DNA of 64,000 nt, taken from assembly GCA_963755125.1 (NCBI GenBank), contig CAVWIP010000007.1:64001-128000 (forward strand). Reading direction: 5' to 3'. The DNA is from an uncultured delta proteobacterium. GTDB taxonomy: Bacteria > Myxococcota_A > Polyangia > Fen-1088. Below, piece by piece: positions 1-12,760 of the stretch. Under the pieces are notes generated by a model that searched no databases, was not told where the DNA came from, and was given only the letters and a program-made list of their open reading frames with translations. The first letter of the stretch is position 1, and every line of letters begins with the position of its first letter. Position numbers and translations under genes: made by a program.

Positions 1-935
1 CCTCGTCGGCACATCTCACGCAGCATCTCGTCGGTCTTTCGTGCCGGCGGCTCCTTGAGCAGACGCTCAGCGATCGCGCGCAGCACGGTCATGGTGGGCT
101 CGGCGGGAACCTGCGAGGCCTCACCCGCGTCGCGCAGGATCAGCTTGGTCGTGCCCACCAGGGCCAAGGCGGGCAACCCGCGCACCAGGATGTCGCGCGC
201 ACGGAACGCCGCCAGCCCGGGCTGCGCGCCCAGGATTTTGTCGAGTGCAGGTCCCGCCCACAGGATGGCGCGCAGGACATCGAACTTGCGGAAGAACGAA
301 TAGGCCATGCTGTTGGCCAGGCGTTCACTCTGATCGAGCAGCGTGGTCGGCGTGGCTTCCCCCTGGGCCAGCAGATGGCGTACGTCGTGCCCCAGCCGGC
401 CGAGCGCCGTGCGCACCAGCCACGCGCCGTGTGCATCCTGTGGCGGCAGCTCGACGTCGCGTACCAGCGCCACGTGGGAAACCTTCTTGTCGAGCAGCGC
501 CCTGGCCAGGCGCGCGCCTTCGCTGGCGTGGTCAGCCTCGACTGGCGGTGCGGCCATGACTTCGAGGAAGGTGTTCCACTCGGTTTCGGTCAACCCGCGG
601 CACAGGGCGAGGATGGCGAGAGAGCGCCGCTGCATGAACTCCAGAAACTGCAAGACAAAGGCGCCGCCTATCGAGGGCCCCACCAGGTGGCGCAACTCGG
701 TCCGCACGGGTCCGGTTCCGTCCACGTGCAGTTCAGGTGGACCGCCTGCGACAGCCGGCGGTCCGATCAGGTACGCGATCTCGGCCTGCGTCCTCAGCAG
801 GCGGGTCAGTTCCTTGAAGAGTCGCTGGCGTACGCGCGGGAAATTGGGCTTGGCCGGGTCGAACTGCGCGACCCGGTGAAACGCCCGCACCAGGGTCATG
901 GTGAACTCGACCACCTCGTCCGCTAGCGTGTGCAT
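1..935 (-). CDS. Hypothetical helical protein, truncated by the left window edge
   Basis: Manually translated from ATG at 935 (MHTLADEVVEFTMTLVRAFHRVAQFDPAKPNF...). The frame stays open to position 1 with normal codon bias. Absent from the ORF track because it has no stop in the window. Confidence 0.8.
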   Translation of the reverse strand, partial: MHTLADEVVEFTMTLVRAFHRVAQFDPAKPNFPRVRQRLFKELTRLLRTQAEIAYLIGPPAVAGGPPELHVDGTGPVRTELRHLVGPSIGGAFVLQFLEFMQRRSLAILALCRGLTETEWNTFLEVMAAPPVEADHASEGARLARALLDKKVSHVALVRDVELPPQDAHGAWLVRTALGRLGHDVRHLLAQGEATPTTLLDQSERLANSMAYSFFRKFDVLRAILWAGPALDKILGAQPGLAAFRARDILVRGLPALALVGTTKLILRDAGEASQVPAEPTMTVLRAIAERLLKEPPARKTDEMLREMCRR

Positions 936-1017
936 GCCGCCCCTTCATTTGTAAGGGGCGGCGCTCAGCGGCGCAAGAAACCAGGTCGCGCGTTGCAATT
1001 TCGATCAGCCGCGGCGG

Positions 1018-2190
1018 CTACTTGATCGGCGTCGCGTCCTTGTTGTGGGCGAAATACTCTTCCGTCAGCCGCTTCATGAGTGCGGGCCGGCGGTCGTACA
1101 GGCGCTTCAGCTTGCGCTGTCCCCGGCGCGCCAGGGCGTAGTGGGCCAGCATGGGCAGCGCGATGGTGGAGTCGGTGTAGCAAACCACGGCGTCGGGAAG
1201 CTGGTTGGGATCGATCTTGCCCCAGCTCACCGCCTCCGAGGGCGTGGCGCCCGACAAGCCGCCGGTGTCGGGTCGCGCATCGGTGAACTGCAGGAAGTAG
1301 TCGTGCCCCGCTTCCTTGATGCGCAGCACTTCCTGGATCTGCGGCTCGGTCTGCAGGGTGAAGTTCTTGGGCGAGCCGCCGCCGACCAGGACCACGCCGG
1401 TCTTCTGCTTGCGCAACTTCGCGTCGAGCACGATGGCGGTGGTTTCGTTCACGTCGATGCTGGGATTCACGCGCAGCTTGTTGCCGCGCAACTCGACGCC
1501 CGCGATGTTCATGCCGATAGTGGAATCGCCGGGCGACGAGCAGAAGCAGGGCACGCCCGCGCGATAGGCAGCGGCCAGGACCGAGGCGTCCTTGAGCCCG
1601 CTCTGCCGCTCGAATTCAGCGCAGTATTTGCCGATGAGGTGGTGCAGCTCGGCCGTGCCCATCTCTTTCTGGAATTCCTTCTGGATGAGGATCTTGCGCA
1701 GGATATCGTCGGTGCGCATGAGCACGTCGTCGTAGTCGAGCAGGATGTCGTAGATGCGGACCACGCCATAACGTCGTAGCTCGGGATCGCGCACGAAGGG
1801 CGATCCCCGCCACAGCGGCAGGTTCATCGCGTGGTGCATGTCGTGGTACAGGTTCGCGCCGGTGGCCACGATCCAGTCCACGAAGCCAGCCTTGATGAGG
1901 GGAATAATGGCGGCGCTACCCAGCCCCGCCGGGGTCAGCGCTCCCGCCAGGCTCATGCCCACGGTGACGCGGTCGTTGGCCAGCATCCTCTCCGCGAAGA
2001 GGCGGCAGCCCTCGCTCAAGCGGCCGGCGTTGTAGGCGAGAAAGGTGGCGTCGATGAGATCCGGCAGGGTTTCCTTACCTGAGATCGGTTTGGGCAGGAT
2101 GCGCTTGCCCCGCAAATACAGCTGCTTGCCCTTGGCAAACTTGTGTGGGTACTGGCTGACGAACTTCTTGGGCAGAACGATCTTGCTCAT
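1018..2190 (-). CDS. Deoxyhypusine synthase family protein (probably polyamine/homospermidine biosynthesis)
   Basis: Motifs [26 protein letters not shown] and [18 protein letters not shown] (catalytic Lys present). Start placed at ATG 2190 (MSKIVLPKK). Confidence 0.9.
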   Translation of the reverse strand: MSKIVLPKKFVSQYPHKFAKGKQLYLRGKRILPKPISGKETLPDLIDATFLAYNAGRLSEGCRLFAERMLANDRVTVGMSLAGALTPAGLGSAAIIPLIKAGFVDWIVATGANLYHDMHHAMNLPLWRGSPFVRDPELRRYGVVRIYDILLDYDDVLMRTDDILRKILIQKEFQKEMGTAELHHLIGKYCAEFERQSGLKDASVLAAAYRAGVPCFCSSPGDSTIGMNIAGVELRGNKLRVNPSIDVNETTAIVLDAKLRKQKTGVVLVGGGSPKNFTLQTEPQIQEVLRIKEAGHDYFLQFTDARPDTGGLSGATPSEAVSWGKIDPNQLPDAVVCYTDSTIALPMLAHYALARRGQRKLKRLYDRRPALMKRLTEEYFAHNKDATPIK

Positions 2191-2277
2191 TGCCGGTGAT
2201 TCCTTTCCCAGATCATCCCCCGCACGCAGGGGTGGGCGGACTTTGGACAAAAACCCGAGCCTTTGCAAGACCAGGGG

Positions 2278-5200
2278 CTAGTCCCCGAACACGATGCTGC
2301 GCACGCCGGGCTGCAAGGTCACTTCCTTCTCATGCACCTTGCCCAGCGCAGGCACAAACAGGCCAATCTTGTGCACGCCGGGGTCCACGCGCAGCTTGTT
2401 GAACGGACAGAGGATGCCGGTCTCCTTGCCGTCGACCACGATGGGCAGCTTGCCTTGCGTGATGCACTCGGCGCGGAAGCGAGCCTCGCCGGTCATGGGC
2501 GGCGCAACCGCCACCAGGTCCTTGGATACCTGCGTATCCTCCCCGGCCCTCACATCGACAGTGGCCGACGCGTGGCCGGCGAGAACCAGCACCACGCGCG
2601 TGGGGCCGGACTGGACCCTGACCTGCAAGGGCGTCCGGCCGCGTTCCTTGCCGCTGATCCACACCGCGGCGCCGACCGGCTGGCTGGTTACCGAGAGCAT
2701 GACCAGGCTGCCCCCACCGTCCGAGACGCCCTTGCTCCAGGTTGTCGGCGCCGCGTCTCCCGCGGCGATCACCTTCTTGTCGGGCGAGGGTGCCGCAGCG
2801 GTCTTCTGGCCAGAGGGCGAGGGTGCCGCAGCGGTCTTCTGGCCAGAGGGCGAGGGTGCCGCAGCGGTCTTCTGGCCAGAGGGCGAGGGTGCCGCAGCGG
2901 ACGGGGACGGCGCCGGCGGGCCCGACGAAGGCCCGGCCGTCGTTGGCTTCAAAGGTTTTTCGGAGCCACTCTTCTTAGCAGCGGAGGGTTTCTCTTCGAC
3001 GGCTGCAATCGTGCGACGGGCGCTGGTTCCTGGCGGCTTGGACGTGGCCTCGCTGTCTGACGGCTGCGCGGCCTGGGCCTCGACATCGTCTGGAACTGCG
3101 GGCGCCGGCGGCGCGACAGCCTTTGGCTTCGGCAGAGCGGGCAGTGCCCTGCCTCCTGGTGCTGCACCCGACGGTTGGCCCCGCGTCCCGACGAAGAAAC
3201 CGGCCAGCCCGCCCACCACTATGCTGGCACCCAGCACCGAGGCCGCGATGGTCCAGACCATCCGCCGGCGTCCCTGCTTGGCTGCCGGCGCGTCAGGCGA
3301 CTGGGCCCAGGTGGGGACTGATTCTTGCTCGCGGGCGGGGCGTCTGGCCCCCGCGCCACGCGCCACGCCACCCGCCGGCGCTTCACGGACTGGCGGCGAA
3401 GGTCGAGACGCGCGGGGCGCGGAAGCTTCTGGCAGAGCGTGGATTTCGGACTCGGGCAGCGGCTGACCAGCATCTTCGAAGTATGCGGGGGCTGCCGCGG
3501 GCTGGCCGCCCTCGCCCACGTCCACGTAGGCCTCGGCCTCAGGTGGGGGTTGGCTGCCGTCTTCCCTGAACGCCACGGCTTCGGCAGCCGATGGTGGCTG
3601 GTCGTCCACAAAAGAGAAAGCCTCGGGCAGCGGCTGACCAGCAAGCCCACCGGTCGCCTGGCCCCCCAAATCGTAGGACGAGGCGGGGTGGACTCCATCC
3701 GGGGAATCGACCAGCTCATCCTCGAGCAGGCCGTCGCCCCGAGGCTGATCGACCTCGCCTGGGGTCTCGATGTCGGCCGCCACGGGCTCCGCCCAGCCGG
3801 ATTGCGAACCGAAATCCGGTGCAGCCTCCATCGAAGAATCGTCCGCTGGTGCGGGCTCAGCCAACTGCGGCTCATCAAGGGCGAAAGGCCGCTGGCTCCG
3901 CAGGGGGCCGCCCTGGCCAGCCGCGGGCCTCAGAGGAGGGGAGCCGGCCAGCGGGACGGATTCCGGAGCTTCAGCCTGGATGTCGTCAAGCAGCGCCAGC
4001 CCGGCCGATTGGCTGCCGGACGAGGAGCCAATTCCAGCCTGACCGCCAAGTGCGGCAAGGGCGCGTGCGCCCCAGGTCGAGGGGCGTGGATCGAAGGCCG
4101 ACGCGCCCGGAGCCATCACCTCACCTGCGTCCGGCGCGGCGAATGGTTCCGCCTCGCCTGTGGATGGAGCTTGCGCGGGCGCGGCCAAAGGCTTGGCAGG
4201 CGGTGCGCTTGCTGGCGTACCCGGTGCAGACGGTCCCAAAGGCGGTTTGGGCGCCAATCTTTCGGCGGCCGCGCCAGCTGCCGGGGCAGCGGCCACCGTA
4301 GCCGACAAAGCATCGGGGGCTGCCGTTTCCTTCGGCCCGAAGGCAGGCAAGGTCTGAAATCGCGCTCGGTTGGCCAGGCTCGGGGCCGGCGCCGCAGAAG
4401 GAACGGTGGCCGGAGCGACCACGGGAGAGCCCGGAACCGGCGGTGGCCCGAGGCGCAGCTTCGCGATGCGGGCTGGGGTCACGGATTCCGCGGGTCGGCT
4501 TTTGGCCACGAGGTCAGCAATCACGGCCGGCTCGCCCACGGCAGTGAGCTCGCGCGAGGCACGCGACTCGTCGGGAGGCGCAGGCGGTGGCACCGGTCGG
4601 ACCACGGGTTGGCCCGCTGCCACCGCTTTGGCCAGCCCACCCGTTCGCTGGTGCAGCGATTCCTCGAACCCGAAGTCATCGTCGTGTTCCACATCGGAAG
4701 GCGGCGGCGGCGCGTCGTCGGCTGCTTCGGGTGCGCCGGCCAAAGACACGACGGCCTCGGGCGGTTGCTCCGGCGCCGCACTGGAGGTGGAAGAGCGCTG
4801 GACGAGTGAGGAAAGATCGGCGGCCAGTACCGCTTCGGGCCTACCCGCGTAGACAGCCGCCAGGGACGAAACCACGTCGGCTGCCGTGGGCCGCGCTCCG
4901 GGACTCGCGGAAACCAAACGGCCGATGACGAGCCCCAAGTCCTCCGGCAGCAGGGAAAGAGCGATTTGCATCTCGGAAGCGCGTCGGCCCTGCGGCGGCA
5001 ACTCTCCACTCGACAGCTCGCATAGCAAGACGCCGAGGCTGTACATGTCGCCAGCCGTGGTGCCGTCAGCGGCCGGCGCAGCCAACTCGGGTGCGATGTA
5101 GGGCAGAAGGCGTCGCGGGCGCGGCTCGAAGGGGCGACGGACCGAGGCACGCAGGCCGAAGTCGAGCAGCCGAACCGCCCCGCGTGTGGTAATGAACACG

Positions 5201-5709
5201 TTGCCGGGGCAGAGAGCACCGTGCATGACGGGCGGCTCCTGCGCATGGGCAGCCTGCAGCCCGCGCGCGATCTCGGCGCCGATGTAGGCCACCAGGCCAT
5301 GCCAGCGGCGGGACGCCTCGTCCTTGCCAGTGGCCAGCACGCCCGCCTCGCGCGCCCGCTGCAGGAACTGGCCCAGATCCGCGCCTTCCATGAACGGCGT
5401 GACAGCAAAGACCAGCCCGTCGCCCGAGTCTGCCTCCACGACCTTGGCGATATGGGGATCGGCAAGGGCCGCGCTACGCCGGGCGGCTTGCAGGAACGGC
5501 TCGCTGACCGCGCTCGGGACTTCCGATCGCTTGAGCCGCAACACCTTCACCGCGAAGCTGCGGTCGAGCCCGGTCAAGCCCTTGACGCGCGCACGGTAGG
5601 TTTCAAAGCCGCCGCTTCCGCCGACTTGCTCGGTGCACTCGTAGCGGCCCAGCTTCTTGAGGCCAGGTGGATCACTCGCTGCCGGAGGTCTGATGGTTGA
5701 CGGCATCAA
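2278..5709 (-). CDS. Membrane-anchored Hanks-type Ser/Thr kinase-like protein (probable pseudokinase) with Pro/Ala-rich linker and C-terminal PEGA-like domains
   Basis: FAVK, DFG and YIAPE are present, but the catalytic loop reads HGALCPGN. One TM segment (MVWTIAASVLGASIVVGGLAGFFVG). PEGA-like SVTSQPVGAAVWISGKERGRTP. Confidence 0.85.
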   Translation of the reverse strand: MMPSTIRPPAASDPPGLKKLGRYECTEQVGGSGGFETYRARVKGLTGLDRSFAVKVLRLKRSEVPSAVSEPFLQAARRSAALADPHIAKVVEADSGDGLVFAVTPFMEGADLGQFLQRAREAGVLATGKDEASRRWHGLVAYIGAEIARGLQAAHAQEPPVMHGALCPGNVFITTRGAVRLLDFGLRASVRRPFEPRPRRLLPYIAPELAAPAADGTTAGDMYSLGVLLCELSSGELPPQGRRASEMQIALSLLPEDLGLVIGRLVSASPGARPTAADVVSSLAAVYAGRPEAVLAADLSSLVQRSSTSSAAPEQPPEAVVSLAGAPEAADDAPPPPSDVEHDDDFGFEESLHQRTGGLAKAVAAGQPVVRPVPPPAPPDESRASRELTAVGEPAVIADLVAKSRPAESVTPARIAKLRLGPPPVPGSPVVAPATVPSAAPAPSLANRARFQTLPAFGPKETAAPDALSATVAAAPAAGAAAERLAPKPPLGPSAPGTPASAPPAKPLAAPAQAPSTGEAEPFAAPDAGEVMAPGASAFDPRPSTWGARALAALGGQAGIGSSSGSQSAGLALLDDIQAEAPESVPLAGSPPLRPAAGQGGPLRSQRPFALDEPQLAEPAPADDSSMEAAPDFGSQSGWAEPVAADIETPGEVDQPRGDGLLEDELVDSPDGVHPASSYDLGGQATGGLAGQPLPEAFSFVDDQPPSAAEAVAFREDGSQPPPEAEAYVDVGEGGQPAAAPAYFEDAGQPLPESEIHALPEASAPRASRPSPPVREAPAGGVARGAGARRPAREQESVPTWAQSPDAPAAKQGRRRMVWTIAASVLGASIVVGGLAGFFVGTRGQPSGAAPGGRALPALPKPKAVAPPAPAVPDDVEAQAAQPSDSEATSKPPGTSARRTIAAVEEKPSAAKKSGSEKPLKPTTAGPSSGPPAPSPSAAAPSPSGQKTAAAPSPSGQKTAAAPSPSGQKTAAAPSPDKKVIAAGDAAPTTWSKGVSDGGGSLVMLSVTSQPVGAAVWISGKERGRTPLQVRVQSGPTRVVLVLAGHASATVDVRAGEDTQVSKDLVAVAPPMTGEARFRAECITQGKLPIVVDGKETGILCPFNKLRVDPGVHKIGLFVPALGKVHEKEVTLQPGVRSIVFGD
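2782..2900. repeat. Intragenic 33-bp tandem repeat, about 3.6 exact copies (encodes AAAPSPSGQKT)
   Basis: GGGCGAGGGTGCCGCAGCGGTCTTCTGGCCAGA at 2782, 2815 and 2848, with a partial copy at 2881. Confidence 0.95.
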
Positions 5710-5852
5710 TTACCAATATCGGTCGAAAGCTGCGCGCTCTGGAATGGTGTTCCGCGCGCCTGGCTGGCGCAGGAACAGGCCGATTCAGACCGCGTGATAT
5801 TGTATGATCGTGGGCGGTTGGGCCGCAACCTTGCATCCGCCGCGGGGCACCA

Positions 5853-5881
5853 TTGACGGTTTGCGCCTAAGTGTCTAGAAT
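5853..5881 (+). promoter_or_regulatory. sigma70-type promoter of the FHA gene
   Basis: TTGACG-17 nt-TAGAAT, ending 8 nt before the TTG start at 5890. Confidence 0.7.
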
Positions 5882-5889
5882 CATGGCAT

Positions 5890-6876
5890 TTGAATACCTT
5901 CAGGCCACGCGACGCCGCAGGCGAACAGGCAAGCGCCGCCCAGGCTGAGGGTGCGCCTTGGACCCTCCGCTTCATCTCCGGCAAGTATCAGGGGGGGGAA
6001 TTTCCTCTGCGCCCGAACCGCGAGATCGTGATCGGACGCTCGTCTGACCTGGACATGGTCCTGGTCGAGGACATGGTTTCGCGCAAGCACGCAAAGATCA
6101 CTACCGACGGCCGGGCGGTGTCGATCCAGGACCTGGGCTCGACCAACGGCACCTTCGTGAACGGCGAGAAGATTCGCAGTGTGCAGCTCAAGGACGGCGA
6201 CCGCATCCTGGTCGGCACGTCCATCATCAAGTTGGTGGCCGGGAGTGGCGAGGCACGCGCGCCAGCGGCTTCGCTGTCCGAGATCGAGGCGCGTTCCAAG
6301 ATGCAGGCCACTGCCAGTCGGCGGGTGGCGCCCAAGTCGATGTCGGGCAACATCGAAGAGATCCCGCTGCCCGACCTTCTCCAGTTGCTTTCCACCAGCC
6401 GCAAGTCAGGCGTGTTGGTGCTGCGCTCTGATTGGGGCACCGGCCGCCTGCACCTGCGCAAGGGCCAGATCTACTTCGCCAACATCGACGAGAGCTTCGA
6501 CGTCAGCCCCCGCAAGGCCATGTTCCGCATGTTGACGTGGAACCAGGGCTTGTTCGAGTTGGAACCGCCTGACGATCGCAGGGTAATGGAGGAACTGCAG
6601 GATTCCACCGAGGCCCTGCTCATGGAGGGCATGCGCCAGCTCGACGAATTCAAGGAGCTGTCGCCCAAACTGCCGCCACTGACGGCCGAGGTTTCCGTGC
6701 CCACGCCGCTCGGCCCGCGCCTGCGCGATCTGTCGCCCGACCATCTCGACGTCATCCAGATCGCGCTGGGCGGCGCCACGGTGCAGGCCATCCTGGACCA
6801 GAGTCGCCAGACCGATCTCGACACCGCTACGGCCATGCTGTCGCTGCTGGAGCGCGGATATCTCGTCGTGGGATAG
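5890..6876 (+). CDS. FHA domain + DUF4388 (PatA_N-like) protein
   Basis: FHA motifs IGRS...VSRKHA...DLGSTNGTFVNG. DUF4388-like MSGNIEEIPLPDLLQLLSTSRKSGVL. Confidence 0.9.
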   Translation: MNTFRPRDAAGEQASAAQAEGAPWTLRFISGKYQGGEFPLRPNREIVIGRSSDLDMVLVEDMVSRKHAKITTDGRAVSIQDLGSTNGTFVNGEKIRSVQLKDGDRILVGTSIIKLVAGSGEARAPAASLSEIEARSKMQATASRRVAPKSMSGNIEEIPLPDLLQLLSTSRKSGVLVLRSDWGTGRLHLRKGQIYFANIDESFDVSPRKAMFRMLTWNQGLFELEPPDDRRVMEELQDSTEALLMEGMRQLDEFKELSPKLPPLTAEVSVPTPLGPRLRDLSPDHLDVIQIALGGATVQAILDQSRQTDLDTATAMLSLLERGYLVVG

Positions 6877-7057
6877 CCACCAACGTGGCTCGGCCAGCGT
6901 GGGCGAGAACGTGAGCGTGTCCGGCCCGCGAGTCGCGGTCCGCGGCATCGGATTCACTCATTTCTTCGCATGCGTGCCCTCTGCCCGCCTCACACCACCC
7001 GAACTCGCACACGCGAGCCGGCTCTCCTATCCCGTCGCACCAACCGACAGGCTCTGC

Positions 7058-9904
<2,847 letters not shown>

Positions 9905-9998
9905 CGCTGCAGGCGGGTCGTCGGAGTCGTGGACCCGAAAAGCGGGGTCCACAGCCACGGCGCCCAGCCTGCGACCTTACCAGGAATCGCCGCGCCCG

Positions 9999-10520
9999 TC
10001 AGCGATAGTCGATGGCCGTGACCGTCAACTCGCGCGCGCCTGCGTGCCAGCGCACCACCACCGTGTCACCCACTTGCTTGCCCAGCAATGCCTTGCCCAC
10101 CGGCGACTTCCAGGAAATGACCCCTTCCGACCCCTCGACCTCGTCCTGGCCGACGATGCGATACACCAGCGTCTCTCCGTCCTCGTCCTCGACGGTGACC
10201 GTGGCCCCGAAGAACACACGGTCGCGCCGTTTCTGTTCGCTGGGGTCGACGATGACCACATGGTCCAGGCGCTTGGAAAGGAAACGCATGCGCGCGTCGA
10301 TGTGGCGCAACTGGCGCTTGCGATAGATGTACTCGGCATTCTCCGAACGGTCGCCCTCGGCGGCCGCGTCAGCCAGGGCGCTCACCACCTCGGGCCGCTT
10401 GCTCACGTGCAAGAACTCCAGTTCATCGACCAGCTTCCGGTAGCCCGCCTTGGTGATGTAGTTCTTCTCCTGCGGAGAGCGCGCCTCTTCCTCGGGCGGA
10501 TCGTCGGGGTCGAAAACCAT
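9999..10520 (-). CDS. greB: Transcription elongation factor GreB
   Basis: NYITKAGY...RPEVV...[11 protein letters not shown]...[12 protein letters not shown] and [14 protein letters not shown]. Confidence 0.9.
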   Translation of the reverse strand: MVFDPDDPPEEEARSPQEKNYITKAGYRKLVDELEFLHVSKRPEVVSALADAAAEGDRSENAEYIYRKRQLRHIDARMRFLSKRLDHVVIVDPSEQKRRDRVFFGATVTVEDEDGETLVYRIVGQDEVEGSEGVISWKSPVGKALLGKQVGDTVVVRWHAGARELTVTAIDYR

Positions 10521-10590
10521 GAGGAACCGGGAGTGGCAGGCACGGCCGGGCCCGCCGCGACGGACGGTCGCGGTCGGCTCGGCCCCAGGG

Positions 10591-11082
10591 CTAGTCGCCG
10601 CGCTTGCCGATGCGGTGGTCGAGCATAACCAGGCTCGAACCCTTGTCGCCCACCATCTTGAGCTGATCCAGGATCAGGCTGGCGTTCTTCTCTTCCTCGA
10701 CCTGCTCCTTGATGAACCACTGGAGCATCTCCATCGAGGCGTAGTCGTTCTCCTTGCTGGCCTGGGCGTAGAGCTTGTGAATCAGGCTGGTCACCTTCTG
10801 CTCGTGGGCCAGCGTGCGCTGGAACACGTCCGTGGCGGACTTGAAATCCGCCGCAGGCTTCTCGATGGTGGAAAGGCTGAGCGTCCCGCCACGGTCGACC
10901 ACGTAGTCGAGCATCTTCATCGCGTGGGTCTGCTCTTCGGCGAACTGCACGCGCATCCACTTGGCGAAGCCAGGAAGGCTTTGCCCTTCGAAGTAGAGCG
11001 CCATGGAAAGGTAGAGATACGCCGAGGAGAACTCGTTTCCAACCTGCTCGCTGAAGGCATCCTGCATGGTCTTGCTTAGCAT
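10591..11082 (-). CDS. ftnA: Non-heme ferritin
   Basis: Ferroxidase ligands in [21 protein letters not shown] and [10 protein letters not shown]. Confidence 0.93.
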   Translation of the reverse strand: MLSKTMQDAFSEQVGNEFSSAYLYLSMALYFEGQSLPGFAKWMRVQFAEEQTHAMKMLDYVVDRGGTLSLSTIEKPAADFKSATDVFQRTLAHEQKVTSLIHKLYAQASKENDYASMEMLQWFIKEQVEEEKNASLILDQLKMVGDKGSSLVMLDHRIGKRGD

Positions 11083-11133
11083 CGCGTCGAACTCCCTTCT
11101 CTGATCTTTGATTGCAGCAAGAGTCGCCGAGTT

Positions 11134-11952
11134 TCACCCGGAATTCAACGAGGAAGCATCGGTGTGCCAGCCGGTGACGACTGCCTGTGCCGCAGCCAGG
11201 TCCTGGGGCGTGTCGATCTCGCGCCACTGGCCGTCGATGAAGACTGGGTCAAGTCGAATGCCCCGGTCGGCCAGCGCGTTGAGCGCATCGGTCAAATACG
11301 CCTGGCGCAGCGTCGGGGCGAAACCAAAGGGTGCCTCCAGCCCGCCTGCCGCAAGAGCCCCGTCCCAGACCGCACGAAGCGCTGCTGCCCCCGTGGCAGA
11401 AAAATAGGCTAGGCCGATGAACTCACCCACCGCCTTCTCGCGCGGCACCGCGCCCTTGCCCACGCGCACGACTCGCCCCTGCTCGTCGATCCTGGTCAGC
11501 TCGGCCTCTGAAACCGGGTGCAGGGTGCGGCCCTGGTAGGCATCGGCCCAGCGCCGGTCGATGATCAGCGATGCGGGCGCCGGGTCGCCTGCACGCGCGC
11601 GCGCCGCCAGGCACGCCACCACATCGGGCGTGTACACGATGTCACAATAGGAAAAGAAGAAGCCGCCCGGCAGGCGATCCGCCGCGCACAGCAGTGACGC
11701 CAGGATGTTGTTCTGCGGCCAGTCGGGGTTGTCGATGAAATCCAGGACCGCGCGTCCTCCGTCGATGCGATCGCCCAGATAGCCGCGCACCACCACGACG
11801 TCGGAGAGGCCCGCCGCCGCCAACGAGCGCAGTTGCCAGTGCAGGATGGGCTGGCCCGCCACGCGGACCATGCACTTGGGAATGCCGTCGGTTTCTGCGC
11901 CTAGGCGCCGGCCGCGGCCAGCCGCCACGATGATGACTTTGTCGCTCCTCAC
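11134..11952 (-). CDS. Nucleotidyltransferase, phosphocholine/inositol-1-phosphate cytidylyltransferase-like
   Basis: IIVAAGRGRRLG...PKCM, GEFIGL and EIDTPQDL. Overlaps the upstream gene by 4 nt. Confidence 0.85.
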   Translation of the reverse strand: MRSDKVIIVAAGRGRRLGAETDGIPKCMVRVAGQPILHWQLRSLAAAGLSDVVVVRGYLGDRIDGGRAVLDFIDNPDWPQNNILASLLCAADRLPGGFFFSYCDIVYTPDVVACLAARARAGDPAPASLIIDRRWADAYQGRTLHPVSEAELTRIDEQGRVVRVGKGAVPREKAVGEFIGLAYFSATGAAALRAVWDGALAAGGLEAPFGFAPTLRQAYLTDALNALADRGIRLDPVFIDGQWREIDTPQDLAAAQAVVTGWHTDASSLNSG

Positions 11953-12716
11953 GCCGTTCTCTTACCCAGCTTGCGCAGGACCGCAAGAATCGTGCGACCG
12001 GCATAGGCAGCGTTGATGGCCAGGTACACGTGCAGAAAAAGATCCAGGCGATTGGCGGCGGCCACAAGCACCAGATAGCTCGGGTAATGAATGATCAATC
12101 GGCCCAAAGCTTCCACCACACCCATCACCCTGGCCACAAGCGAACGCGGTGGGGCCGGAGCCGGCACGGTTCCCGCCAAACCATCTCCGTAGTCGCCGGC
12201 CATCTGCGGCCGGGGCGCACCGGTGGCACACAGGTACTCGGGCCGGCGCACGAACGTGGTCAGGCTGATGGCCGAGGCCACCACCACCAGTCCGGCCAGC
12301 GCCTCGACCAACCACTGCGTGCGGCCATCGGCACGCCACAGCCGCGCGCCCAAGGCTGCCACCAGCATGAAAGCCTTCAGCTCGTCCATCAGGAAATCCA
12401 GGTGCGCGCCCACCGGCGACGAGGTTCCTCGCAACCGAGCCAGCTGGCCGTCCACGCAGTCGAGGACATAGGACAGCTCGAGCACGGCGACCGCGATGAG
12501 CAGGCCGGTCCATCCGGGCAGGCCGACCAAAAGAGCTGCGGATGCAACGAAAACCGCCAGCGAGGCGAAAGTTACCTGATTCGGGGTGACACGAGTCTTG
12601 GCAACCGGGACCAGCAGGACCGCGGCCAGCGGCCGCGCCACCAGACGATTCCACAGGATGTCTTTGGGCTTCTTCGTGCGCCGGTATGAATCGGCAATCT
12701 GTGAGAACAAGCTCAC
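11949..12716 (-). CDS. CDP-alcohol phosphatidyltransferase family membrane protein
   Basis: TPNQVT and the signature DCVDGQLAR...GAHLDFLMD. Confidence 0.9.
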   Translation of the reverse strand: MSLFSQIADSYRRTKKPKDILWNRLVARPLAAVLLVPVAKTRVTPNQVTFASLAVFVASAALLVGLPGWTGLLIAVAVLELSYVLDCVDGQLARLRGTSSPVGAHLDFLMDELKAFMLVAALGARLWRADGRTQWLVEALAGLVVVASAISLTTFVRRPEYLCATGAPRPQMAGDYGDGLAGTVPAPAPPRSLVARVMGVVEALGRLIIHYPSYLVLVAAANRLDLFLHVYLAINAAYAGRTILAVLRKLGKRTA

Positions 12717-12730
12717 GGCAGCCCAGTAAA

Positions 12731-12750
12731 GCGCTCCACGGTTGGAGCGC
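12731..12750 (-). terminator. Possible intrinsic terminator hairpin
   Basis: GCGCTCCA-CGGT-TGGAGCGC 10 nt after the stop of the 12761-14734 gene. Only a short TTTA tail on the minus strand. Confidence 0.35.
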
Positions 12751-12760
12751 CAAGAATAAT

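Noticed and set aside
2782..2900. 33-bp repeats as a CRISPR array
   Set aside because: The units are contiguous with no spacers, lie in-frame within a CDS, and no cas genes are present.
9905..9998. LexA box upstream of uvrA
   Set aside because: No convincing match to known LexA operator patterns.
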